From: a virus
Virus record (IMG/VR): IMGVR_UViG_3300005758_000132
Span: 32,001-96,000 of that record
Strand: one strand, 5' to 3'
DNA: 64,000 bases
The translations under genes were made by a program, and so were the position numbers. The notes under the pieces are model-generated. The model searched no databases. It was given only the letters and a program-made list of their open reading frames with translations, and was not told where the DNA came from. Below, in pieces: positions 1 to 8,530 of the stretch. Numbering within the stretch: the first letter of the stretch is position 1; every line of letters begins with the position of its first letter.

Positions 1-125
1 CGCGTGTAGTCTTCGAACATGACAAAAGCACATCGCGTAAACTGATCGAGACTTGGAGACCGGGATCACAACGTATCCCAGGCCTCCACATTGAGTGCAG
101 TTGCAGCTACACGGTGCCGCGCTCA

Positions 126-560
126 TCAGGTCCCGACTCTATCGCCGGGTTCAGTTCTAACGGCCTTCCAGCTCATGTTCTCAGTGTATAAACCGCCCTC
201 GTCGCAACGGAAGTTACGCCGGGTTGGCTTGCAGCCGAAAACACGCTCGACGACCTGATTGGTATCGTCATCGAGAATCTCAAAGGTCACCGCGGGGAAA
301 CGCACAACATCCAGCGTTCCGCCCACCGGCCAAATCTTTTGATCAGAGCCGGGAAGCTGAACGATGCGGATCTGAGACACGGAAAACGTGACGCTGCGAC
401 GCATGATCTTTAGCTCTTTGACGTCAACGTCGCCTAAAGCGCGGACGTCTGAAACCTCGATCTCCTCACTGCCGTCTAAGTTAGTTCCCCAGCCGATCTC
501 CACGCCGTTTGCGAGGATACGAACAGTGGAGCCGCCAATAGTACGTCTCTCGATTGCCAT
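126..560 (-). CDS. putative tail tube protein
   Basis: 144 aa, beta-rich; lies immediately downstream of the tail sheath gene; size and position typical of myovirus tube proteins. Confidence 0.7.
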   Translation of the reverse strand: MAIERRTIGGSTVRILANGVEIGWGTNLDGSEEIEVSDVRALGDVDVKELKIMRRSVTFSVSQIRIVQLPGSDQKIWPVGGTLDVVRFPAVTFEILDDDTNQVVERVFGCKPTRRNFRCDEGGLYTENMSWKAVRTEPGDRVGT

Positions 561-578
561 AGAATTCGCGTGCTCCTG

Positions 579-3068
579 TTAGATGGTGATCACAGCCGCG
601 CTGCTTACAGAGGCGGGCTCAAGGATCAAGAAGTTGTTGGGAACCACAACGTTGTACTCGTAACCGATGCGAGTAGCGTCGCCAGCGGCAGACGTCTCCG
701 CGTACGCAGAGTTCTCGACGTAGCGCGCAATAATCTTGGACCTAGCCTGATAACGCAGGCGGTCAACAGCTAGTCCAAGCAGACCTCTAGGATCTACGTC
801 CACGTTCGCTGTACCGATGACGCCGGTCATGTACGCGCGAAGATCGCGAATCGACCAGTACGCGGACTCGTTAGCAGAGACCTCAATCTGATTGATATCG
901 TCGCTGGCGCGATATGTAGTGATCGAGCGCGTCACCTTGAAGCCAAGGTTATCACGGCTGTATGTGACAACGCCTGCGTCAAGCAGCGCGTCAGCGTCGA
1001 TAGTTCCATCCCATGCGGCGTTAGAGCGCACATCCAACACGCGCGGCCGCTTGAAGGTGAGCGGAGCGCCGATACGAACGCAGCACTGCATCGCGGCTAG
1101 CTGAAGAGCTTGCCACATGGGCGAGAGCCACCGACGGTTGCCGTTACGATCAAGAACACGGATTTCCTGCGCCGCGAAAGCGATGTGGCGCGAGTTGTAC
1201 GCGACGGTCAGCGTATTGAGTTGATCAATAGTCTGATCCGCTTCAGCGCCCGCCCAAACGTTGCACTCGCGAGCACCTGCGCCTGCCATGTAGGCAGCGT
1301 GCGTGTGCGCGTCCTGGATAATCGTAGCGTCCTGCGAAAGCACAGCGAGAACAGATGTCTCGGTAAGACGTAGCGCCTCGAAACACGCGTCACGCGACAG
1401 TGAGGTTGTGGTTCCGGTCGTGCCGCCTCCGAGTGGAGTGCTGCTAAGCGCGTCAACGCGAAGATTCGCAAGCTCCGTCCAGCGATAAGCGTGATCACCA
1501 ATGGCGCTATACGGCATCGCAGTGGCCAGCACAGCTGCTTTCACCACGTCACCTGTTGCGAGCGTACCCGAGCCGCGCAGCAATGTGCATCCCGTGAACG
1601 ACGTAGCAGTCTTGCCAGTGTAGCTAACGTAAGCCGTGCCGCCGGAAAGCTCGATCGAAATAACGCCTGCGCTGGGCGCCCCAGTGGTGGACACTACGTC
1701 AATCGTCGATTGCGGAAGGATATCGCCGTTTGAGCCAACCGCCACCGTTGTCGCAAAGACGCTTTCTACGAGCTTGAAAAGAGCAATGCCGCCAGCATCG
1801 CCGCCGAGCGAGGTGGTGCTCAAGTCATTAACACCCAACGCAATCACGGTGCCCGCGGCTACGCCTGTGTAGTTGCCAAGCGCCAGACCGGTTGTGCCTG
1901 TCACGGCAGCGTATTCAGTATCGAGATCCCAATTAGGTTGCGTCGTACCCTCGACAAGCTCGGCTGAAACGTAAATAGACTCAGCGTTTACGCGACGCGC
2001 GAACTCGAAATTATCGCAACGGAGATTGATGGCGCCAACGGTCAAGTCGCTGGATTCCAAGATATCTAGCGCACCGAGTTCAAGCGACGGTGCGCGCGCG
2101 TTGAGCACCGTTGCGCTGACGTCCACGAAAGCGTTGATGACGTCAGCAACGCGCTTGAGCGTTGTTACGCCGTTTGCGCGATTCATCCGGACCTTGGTCC
2201 AAGATGCCGCGATGGTACCCGCGTAAGCGCCTACAGTGATCGAATCGACGCGGCTATACGCGTACGCCGTGGGCTTCGCCTCCACCTGTCCAATCGTGAA
2301 CGCCACCGTCTCAGTATGAGCAACGCCAGTGTCTGCGCGAATGCCTGTGACAGACACGTTAACTGTACCCACCGTCGCAACCGACGGGGTTAGCAAAACC
2401 TTAGACGCACACGCACGTCCGTCAGTGGCGATGGCTTCAGTAGCTCCTCCGGCCAGATTCTTCAGGACCGTGATTTGAACTTCGCCAACAGTCTTCTCGA
2501 CGAGGTCATCATAGTACGGCACAGCAGAGAGGAAGACGCCGTCAAAGTAAGCTCCGTCATACGAGACGCTCACGACCGGACCGCTTCCAAGATTTAGCAG
2601 CTGCTCAGTAGCGCCACTCTTGGTGACGGTAAGATCAAGTCGAAGCGGAGTCGCAGACGGCGTGAGCGTGACAGACAGCTGATTTCCGGTTTGTCCAGAC
2701 ACGCGTGAAGACAAGGTTGCGACCTGCTTGCCGTTCTCGTCATCCAGGCCAAGAGACGCAGCCGTCGAAGCCAGCGTGGAAGCTAAGAGGACCGTCTGCG
2801 GAGGACGCGTAATTCGAGCGTCAGCCGCTGGGTTGAACGCGATGTCAGCGATGAGCTGCGCCTCGTCAAAATCGCCGTAGGTGCTGAGAAGACGGCGCGA
2901 GCTAGTAAACTCTGCGACCTTGCCGTTCTCAAGCCATTCAAACTCGCCTACGATCGCAAGGACCTTATCGAGATTGCTCACCCCGCCCTGCGGGGTCTGG
3001 CGCGGGTCAGCGTAAACTCCGGGAACGCCGGTGGTGAAGCCGTTGTTGGTGATGATCTTCGTAGCCAT
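579..3068 (-). CDS. tail sheath protein
   Basis: 829 aa; N-terminal PGVY motif; C-terminal sheath-like segment (LTFK...LLDAGV...RSITTY...EVS); AGGAG RBS. Confidence 0.9.
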   Translation of the reverse strand: MATKIITNNGFTTGVPGVYADPRQTPQGGVSNLDKVLAIVGEFEWLENGKVAEFTSSRRLLSTYGDFDEAQLIADIAFNPAADARITRPPQTVLLASTLASTAASLGLDDENGKQVATLSSRVSGQTGNQLSVTLTPSATPLRLDLTVTKSGATEQLLNLGSGPVVSVSYDGAYFDGVFLSAVPYYDDLVEKTVGEVQITVLKNLAGGATEAIATDGRACASKVLLTPSVATVGTVNVSVTGIRADTGVAHTETVAFTIGQVEAKPTAYAYSRVDSITVGAYAGTIAASWTKVRMNRANGVTTLKRVADVINAFVDVSATVLNARAPSLELGALDILESSDLTVGAINLRCDNFEFARRVNAESIYVSAELVEGTTQPNWDLDTEYAAVTGTTGLALGNYTGVAAGTVIALGVNDLSTTSLGGDAGGIALFKLVESVFATTVAVGSNGDILPQSTIDVVSTTGAPSAGVISIELSGGTAYVSYTGKTATSFTGCTLLRGSGTLATGDVVKAAVLATAMPYSAIGDHAYRWTELANLRVDALSSTPLGGGTTGTTTSLSRDACFEALRLTETSVLAVLSQDATIIQDAHTHAAYMAGAGARECNVWAGAEADQTIDQLNTLTVAYNSRHIAFAAQEIRVLDRNGNRRWLSPMWQALQLAAMQCCVRIGAPLTFKRPRVLDVRSNAAWDGTIDADALLDAGVVTYSRDNLGFKVTRSITTYRASDDINQIEVSANESAYWSIRDLRAYMTGVIGTANVDVDPRGLLGLAVDRLRYQARSKIIARYVENSAYAETSAAGDATRIGYEYNVVVPNNFLILEPASVSSAAVITI

Positions 3069-3128
3069 TATTAGCGCTCCTTGTTGCGTGAAAGCATGTG
3101 GGGCTGACCGCTCACTGTCAAGTTGGCG

Positions 3129-3830
3129 TCACTGGTCGCGGGGTACGGCAAGTCCAGGTTCATTAGCCGCGTCAAAGGCGTCGAAGTGATGCACGCGCAC
3201 CGCGTTGACGTGCAGGGGTGGATCTGTGTCATCGAAGAGCTGCTCTGATATGCGTGTCAGCTCGCCTGTGACGCGCATGTAGCGTTGCATAAGACCAAGG
3301 AAGTTAGGATGCAGACCGGCAGCCATCGCCTCGGCAGGTCGTATATCTGCGCCATTTTCGACACCCATATTGGAGTAGCCGATGAGCTTAAACCATTTCA
3401 TTGAATCGTTGATGAGCTCTTGCGTAATGGTGTACAGCGCGCGGACTTCTGCTTTTGTTTTCGCGACAATCATGACTTCTATCGTAGACGTGTAAGTCGA
3501 TTTTCGGTTGCCACCGAAAGAGCTTTTTATTTTCTCGTCTACGAGGTCAATAATTATCGCTGGGAAATGCGTAGGACCTGGCGACGGCGATGTCGGCTGC
3601 TGAGCGATGCGTCCATCAATGATACCGTTATAATCCGTGCGCACAGCGCATCGCGGAACGCGCGCGCCATTTTCAAGCGGGAAGAGCCCGTTGTAGATAC
3701 CAGGCAGCGACGCGTCAGGAACTAGGCCCGTTAAACAGCTCACGAAACGCGCATATCCCTTTACGGGGTCACAGAACATCTGGAGGCCGTACTCTAGGCG
3801 GACAGCCATATGCGCGTCCATGTAGCTCAT
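3129..3830 (-). CDS. putative tail terminator/completion protein
   Basis: 233 aa directly upstream of the sheath; FPAIIIDL-type strand; call rests mainly on position. Confidence 0.5.
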   Translation of the reverse strand: MSYMDAHMAVRLEYGLQMFCDPVKGYARFVSCLTGLVPDASLPGIYNGLFPLENGARVPRCAVRTDYNGIIDGRIAQQPTSPSPGPTHFPAIIIDLVDEKIKSSFGGNRKSTYTSTIEVMIVAKTKAEVRALYTITQELINDSMKWFKLIGYSNMGVENGADIRPAEAMAAGLHPNFLGLMQRYMRVTGELTRISEQLFDDTDPPLHVNAVRVHHFDAFDAANEPGLAVPRDQ

Positions 3831-4018
3831 AGCGCACCTTCCGCGGCCTTATCGAGCGCAGCGATCGTGGCGTCGTCATGGATGTCCTGAAGCATGAGAA
3901 GAAGGTGCATAACGTCTCCGTCAAGCTCGCCCCGTCGACGCGCGCTAGCGATAACGCGGAGCGCGCCTGGTAGGTCATTTCGATTCAACTTGGCAATTTC
4001 TTTATAGGTCTCGTTCAT
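3827..4018 (-). CDS. small hypothetical protein
   Basis: 63 aa; GAGGGG RBS; ATGA overlap with the next gene. Confidence 0.6.
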   Translation of the reverse strand: MNETYKEIAKLNRNDLPGALRVIASARRRGELDGDVMHLLLMLQDIHDDATIAALDKAAEGAL

Positions 4019-4025
4019 TTGCCCC

Positions 4026-5084
4026 TCATTTGTAGGATGCTGCGAGCTTGTTCAAGATGGCGGACATCTCAGTAGGCGTAATGCGCGAACCGTCATCTTT
4101 ACGAATCGCGTCAGCGAATCGCCAGAGGTGCTTGGTGACAGAATCGAGGTTGGCGGGTTGCGCTACCGTCTGTTCCATGCGCATACGAATCGCAGCCTCT
4201 GAAGCTGTCTTGGTAGCGTCTTTAATACCACCCACGGTGTCCGCCACCGCCGCTTTCAACACAGCGCGGTACTTGCCGTAAGTTCCCTCTACGTCCGCGT
4301 TGAAGGCGCGCTTGAGGATGTAAAGCGTAGCCATCTCCGTCGTGGCCTCTTCCAGCAGCGCTCCGGGACCGGAGTACATGCTGAGAATGTTCTCGCCCTC
4401 TTGGCTTTTGCTACATGAGTGAATGACCTCGTGCAGCACGGTGTGAAGGCTTGACGGAACGTTAGCCGCAGAGATGTCTGCGGCACCTGCGGTAGCCGGT
4501 GGCGAGAACTTAGGTTGTGACAACTGACTAGACGATAAGTTTATCCGACCTGAGTTCGGCTCAAACGAGCCATACACGTTTTTCGGTAACTTGATGACAA
4601 CAAGCTCTGTTGTCTGATGAAAGTTCTTCGGATCGCCCGTGTGCCTATTTGGGGTCATGCCGTAGCTGGCCACTAGCGTGTTGACCTCTTTCCGCAACTC
4701 CTGACCTAGCGCGTGCATCTCGTCTGGCGTCGTCTTAGCCTCAGCCATCCTAGACGCCAAATAGCTATACGTCTTTGGTAGGAACGGTCTAGCGTGGCAC
4801 CAGCCGCCATGGGTATGCGTCGCAGGTGCGTAGTTGACAGCCGCAGCCGCGCCGGCTTGCGGAGCGCTTTTAACTGCCTCGTGTACGGTGCCCCACGCTG
4901 ACTTGAGATCGGGATACCAGTACTCCGTTTTAGTGCCCACCTTTCGAAAATACCCGCCGTGCTTTGATCCAGGTACGGGGATGAAGCCTTTTGGCGGCGC
5001 GTTTTTTACGCGCAAATCGACAACAGCCGCTTTCACGATGACGTCTTCAGCCCAAGACTGAAGCTGCTGGTAGGTGGTTTTCAT
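4026..5084 (-). CDS. PPxG..WYP-tagged protein with zincin metallopeptidase domain
   Basis: start reassigned to ATG 5084 (CAGGAG RBS); tag at 4911-5000; HEVIH motif plus downstream EEATTE. Confidence 0.8.
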   Translation of the reverse strand: MKTTYQQLQSWAEDVIVKAAVVDLRVKNAPPKGFIPVPGSKHGGYFRKVGTKTEYWYPDLKSAWGTVHEAVKSAPQAGAAAAVNYAPATHTHGGWCHARPFLPKTYSYLASRMAEAKTTPDEMHALGQELRKEVNTLVASYGMTPNRHTGDPKNFHQTTELVVIKLPKNVYGSFEPNSGRINLSSSQLSQPKFSPPATAGAADISAANVPSSLHTVLHEVIHSCSKSQEGENILSMYSGPGALLEEATTEMATLYILKRAFNADVEGTYGKYRAVLKAAVADTVGGIKDATKTASEAAIRMRMEQTVAQPANLDSVTKHLWRFADAIRKDDGSRITPTEMSAILNKLAASYK

Positions 5085-5115
5085 AGGCGAGTCTCCTGGT
5101 ATGGCGAACGCTACT

Positions 5116-5775
5116 TCAGAGCGCGTTCTTTTCCAAAATAGCTGCGGCAATATCCTGCGCCTCTTCACTCACCTGTCGCATAAAATGACGTGCCTTGATA
5201 CCCTTGTGGATCCACGGCTTGCCGTTTTGACTTATCGTGCGCCAGGTCATGTACATCGATCCACCGCCGGGAGTGGCGTTTGGTATGCGCACAAGGCCCG
5301 CTAGCGGGTCCGTGGCGTGGTAGGGATCGAGCTTTGGCGCCATTCCCTCCGGCAGACGATTGCGACTTGTGGGATACGGACCTAACGCGCGAGCAGCCTT
5401 TTCAGCCGCACTGCCTCCGTACTCGCGTATCTTGCGCGTTGTGATGCGGAACGGCACGTAGAGGTACAGGTGACCCTTCTTAGATCGCCTGATGGACTTC
5501 GTGGTCGTGCGGAGAAGCGTGTCCCGCATATCAAACGGTGTGACGCCATACTCGACCATCTGCGCGAGCTTTGGCTCGCTTTTAAGAACGAACGTGAGCG
5601 ACGTAAACGTAGTGCGGAAGTCCATCGCAGCTTGGTAAGCTGGCAGAGAAGACCGAAGCTCCCCTGTCAGCTCAAGCCACCGCTGAATCAAGGCACGCTT
5701 GATGAGGTGATGACGGACGGACAGCATGTCCTGCATCCACCCCTTCAGCTTAGCGAAAAAAGCCTTGTCAGCCAT
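5116..5775 (-). CDS. putative neck/tail-completion protein (HK97 gp10-like position)
   Basis: 219 aa, basic; MVEYG and WIHKGIKARHF segments; GGAGGT RBS; neck-gene context. Confidence 0.55.
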   Translation of the reverse strand: MADKAFFAKLKGWMQDMLSVRHHLIKRALIQRWLELTGELRSSLPAYQAAMDFRTTFTSLTFVLKSEPKLAQMVEYGVTPFDMRDTLLRTTTKSIRRSKKGHLYLYVPFRITTRKIREYGGSAAEKAARALGPYPTSRNRLPEGMAPKLDPYHATDPLAGLVRIPNATPGGGSMYMTWRTISQNGKPWIHKGIKARHFMRQVSEEAQDIAAAILEKNAL

Positions 5776-5790
5776 AAGCTACCTCCAGCG

Positions 5791-6696
5791 TCACAGCCTT
5801 GGATGATCCCTCTCAAAAATTGCCTTTTCACGTTGTAGTGCTTGGACTAACGCCTTCTCGTCGTTGACGTCTTCTTTGCTACGGCGAAGTCGCGCTAAAG
5901 CCGGCAGCACTATGGGCGTGGGTCGGGCGCTGTCGAGTATTGATCGAATAGACGACGGCGTTCGCTGAACGCGCTTCTTTAGGTTTTTTACGAGCTTTTC
6001 TAGATATGCGACTGTCTGTCCCTTGTCCCGTTCTCTTGTCGCTACCCACATTATATCTTGCTCATTCCAATTCATGTTTTCGCCACCAGTCCAATCCATA
6101 ACCCATAGATTGAACTCTTTGCCTGTTGCTAGGTTATCTTCGGTTGAGTATCCAAGGTAACCCTTTGGCGGAGTTGGTCGCAAGTTTTCTATGGCCGCGT
6201 TGCGGTTTTCTGGGGAAAGTGTAGCTACATATTTTATGTCTTCTATTAGTTTTTCTAAATATCCAATAACTTGATTAGCCGCCGGCGTACCATCCTCTTC
6301 AGACAGCAATGCAAGGTCTAGGACTGTATCCTCGTCATAGTCAAACCTATCGGCGCGTTCGTCATCGTCAATACCTAGCGCGTCTAATATGTGTTCACGA
6401 AACGCGTTACCAGTCATGACATAGTGGTCTACGTCCATCTCCGCCGCGTGTGTGGGAGAGTCTACATCGCTTTCATTAACGTCTGGATGCTCTCGCACGT
6501 CCATCCACGGGCGCGAGTTAGGATACCAAGTCTGATACTTGTTCCCAACGCGCTTGTGAAAGCCGCCTTTCTTGCTTCCTGGGATAGGGGTGAAGCCCTG
6601 AGGAGGCTTGTTGGCTTCTGCCTTTTGAAGGCTGTTGTAGTTTGACTTCTCAATACGATCAGCCCAGAGATTGAGTTCACGAGTATAGTCTTTCAT
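5791..6696 (-). CDS. PPxG..WYP-tagged protein with two novel helical repeats
   Basis: leader DYTRELNLWADRIEKS; tag at 6520-6609; GGAG RBS. Confidence 0.8.
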   Translation of the reverse strand: MKDYTRELNLWADRIEKSNYNSLQKAEANKPPQGFTPIPGSKKGGFHKRVGNKYQTWYPNSRPWMDVREHPDVNESDVDSPTHAAEMDVDHYVMTGNAFREHILDALGIDDDERADRFDYDEDTVLDLALLSEEDGTPAANQVIGYLEKLIEDIKYVATLSPENRNAAIENLRPTPPKGYLGYSTEDNLATGKEFNLWVMDWTGGENMNWNEQDIMWVATRERDKGQTVAYLEKLVKNLKKRVQRTPSSIRSILDSARPTPIVLPALARLRRSKEDVNDEKALVQALQREKAIFERDHPRL

Positions 6697-6717
6697 AGCA
6701 GTGCTCCGCTCACTTGT

Positions 6718-7542
6718 TCAGTACTTGCCTTTCATGTGCAAAAGAATTCGCGTCCGCGCGCTACTAAGATTCGGCACGTAGTAGTCAACGATGGCAGCGC
6801 CGCCGGTCGAGGTCTTGAACTCGTCTGGCGCGTAGATCAAATACCCGTCTGGCTTGGCAGCAACTGATTGACCGCCGCCGGGCTTCTGCTTATTCGTGGG
6901 TACGATACGGTAGCCGTCTGACGTGGTGTAATATCCAGCCTGTCCCTTGATCTTATCGAGAACGATGTCCTCAGCGCTTTTCGGCGCGTTTTCCAACAGC
7001 TGCTTCGCCTTGTCCGCCTGCTTGTATTTCCAGCTAAGAATTTCCTTGGCGTGGTTAGGCTTAGCCGCCGCTACCGGCGCGTTCGGATAGAGGTGCTCGT
7101 GCAGCGCGTCTACAAGCTCTCCGTGCGAGCTTGCTTCAACTTCTTTGTCGCCTACGCGACCTGCGTGATACTCTACGTCACCTTCCATAACCGAGACGGC
7201 GTCAGCCGTGGTCTTACCGTCAGCCGCCGTGAGGCTGAATCTTGTAGTGGGTAGGTAATCGCCGAGCGTCATTGTTTGTGTAAGACCAGAGCGGACACGC
7301 TCGACGTTATCCATGCGTCCCTGCGACAACCCGTGCCCAGGGTACCAGGTGTGATACGTGTTTCCGACGAGCTTGTGAAAGCCGCCTTTCTTCGACCCCG
7401 GGATAGGCGTAAATCCCTGAGGAGGCTTGTGCAAGTCATCGTGCTGAATGGGTTGCGCTACGTTTGGGTTATAGGTCGGCAAGATGATGGCCTTCTCGAT
7501 ACGATCTGACCAAAGGGCGAGTTCGCGCGTGTAGTCTGTCAT
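6718..7542 (-). CDS. PPxG..WYP-tagged hypothetical protein
   Basis: start reassigned to ATG 7542 (AAGGAG RBS; same ggagcactgctATG context as at 6696); tag at 7339-7428. Confidence 0.8.
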   Translation of the reverse strand: MTDYTRELALWSDRIEKAIILPTYNPNVAQPIQHDDLHKPPQGFTPIPGSKKGGFHKLVGNTYHTWYPGHGLSQGRMDNVERVRSGLTQTMTLGDYLPTTRFSLTAADGKTTADAVSVMEGDVEYHAGRVGDKEVEASSHGELVDALHEHLYPNAPVAAAKPNHAKEILSWKYKQADKAKQLLENAPKSAEDIVLDKIKGQAGYYTTSDGYRIVPTNKQKPGGGQSVAAKPDGYLIYAPDEFKTSTGGAAIVDYYVPNLSSARTRILLHMKGKY

Positions 7543-7566
7543 AGCAGTGCTCCTTGTTCTGTTGAC

Positions 7567-7595
7567 GTTATACATAAAAACGTTTTTTACGTCAA
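7567..7595 (-). promoter_or_regulatory. sigma70-like promoter with AAAAACGTTTTT palindrome
   Basis: TTGACG-17nt-TATAAC; flanked by a 10-bp inverted repeat at 7559-7568 and 7589-7598. Confidence 0.65.
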
Positions 7596-7602
7596 CAGTA
7601 AA

Positions 7603-8463
7603 TCAACTTACCTCAGTTGTTGGCGCCGGCGCTCCAGCTGGCAGCCCGACAAGCTCAAGCTGTCCGTTTACTGCCACGGGCATTTCTGTCTGAGCAGGCT
7701 CTTCACGTGTGCCCAGCTGACCTGGATAAGGGGTGGGCTGGGCGCGACTGATATAGGTATGACCCACTACGACGTAGCGCGGGTGTGCCCAGTAGGTGAC
7801 GACGATGTATGACCCGACGTCTACCGAGGATGCAGAGAAGTCTATCTTGCCGCCGTCGACTATGACGTCAGTTCCGATCTCAAGCGCGCCCTGATATTCG
7901 CCGTCGCTATTAGACCAGGATAACTCTACGACTGTCTCCGTGTTGCAAACGGTCTCAGTAGTCTGCGCAGGATTGGCGCTGATGACGTGACGCTCCGCGA
8001 TAGGGAAGCGGCACGCCATGGGCTCGGCCTTGGTCTTCAGCTTTCGCAGCTCGTGGACAAGGATGTAGTCGTTCAGGACCGTGAGTCGATCGTTGTGAGC
8101 AGGCGCGTTCTCTGGCAGCAGCGTGAAACGCGCTGTGACGTCATTCCACGACGTGCCAGTCAGCTTGCCGTTTTTGTCTACTTGCGCGCCGCGGTTAGTA
8201 ATGATCCCGTAGGTATCAGGCTGTACACGCCAGTAGGCGCCGGTGCCGCCGCAGTTGGTGCACGTATGATCGTTCTCGCCGCCGACGAATCCTGTCGTTC
8301 CTAGCAGCGAAAACTTAGCGAGACATGGGCATGGGAAGTACCGTTCCCAGCGGATGTTAGGACATCCGCCGGCGAAATTCACGACGTCTGCGCGGAATAC
8401 CTGAGGGTCAAACTGCGCCTGCGGAAAGCTAGCTGATGGTACAATCGGATAGTGGTACCGCAT
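7603..8463 (-). CDS. putative head closure/neck protein
   Basis: 286 aa; CPC...CxxCGGxG motif of the kind seen in neck proteins of SPO1/Twort-like myoviruses; GGGAG RBS. Confidence 0.6.
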   Translation of the reverse strand: MRYHYPIVPSASFPQAQFDPQVFRADVVNFAGGCPNIRWERYFPCPCLAKFSLLGTTGFVGGENDHTCTNCGGTGAYWRVQPDTYGIITNRGAQVDKNGKLTGTSWNDVTARFTLLPENAPAHNDRLTVLNDYILVHELRKLKTKAEPMACRFPIAERHVISANPAQTTETVCNTETVVELSWSNSDGEYQGALEIGTDVIVDGGKIDFSASSVDVGSYIVVTYWAHPRYVVVGHTYISRAQPTPYPGQLGTREEPAQTEMPVAVNGQLELVGLPAGAPAPTTEVS

Positions 8464-8530
8464 GGCGCAGTCTCCCTCGTATTGGCTAAATTATTCCATC
8501 GCCTCAGTGTTCTTCAGAAGAACGAGTTTG

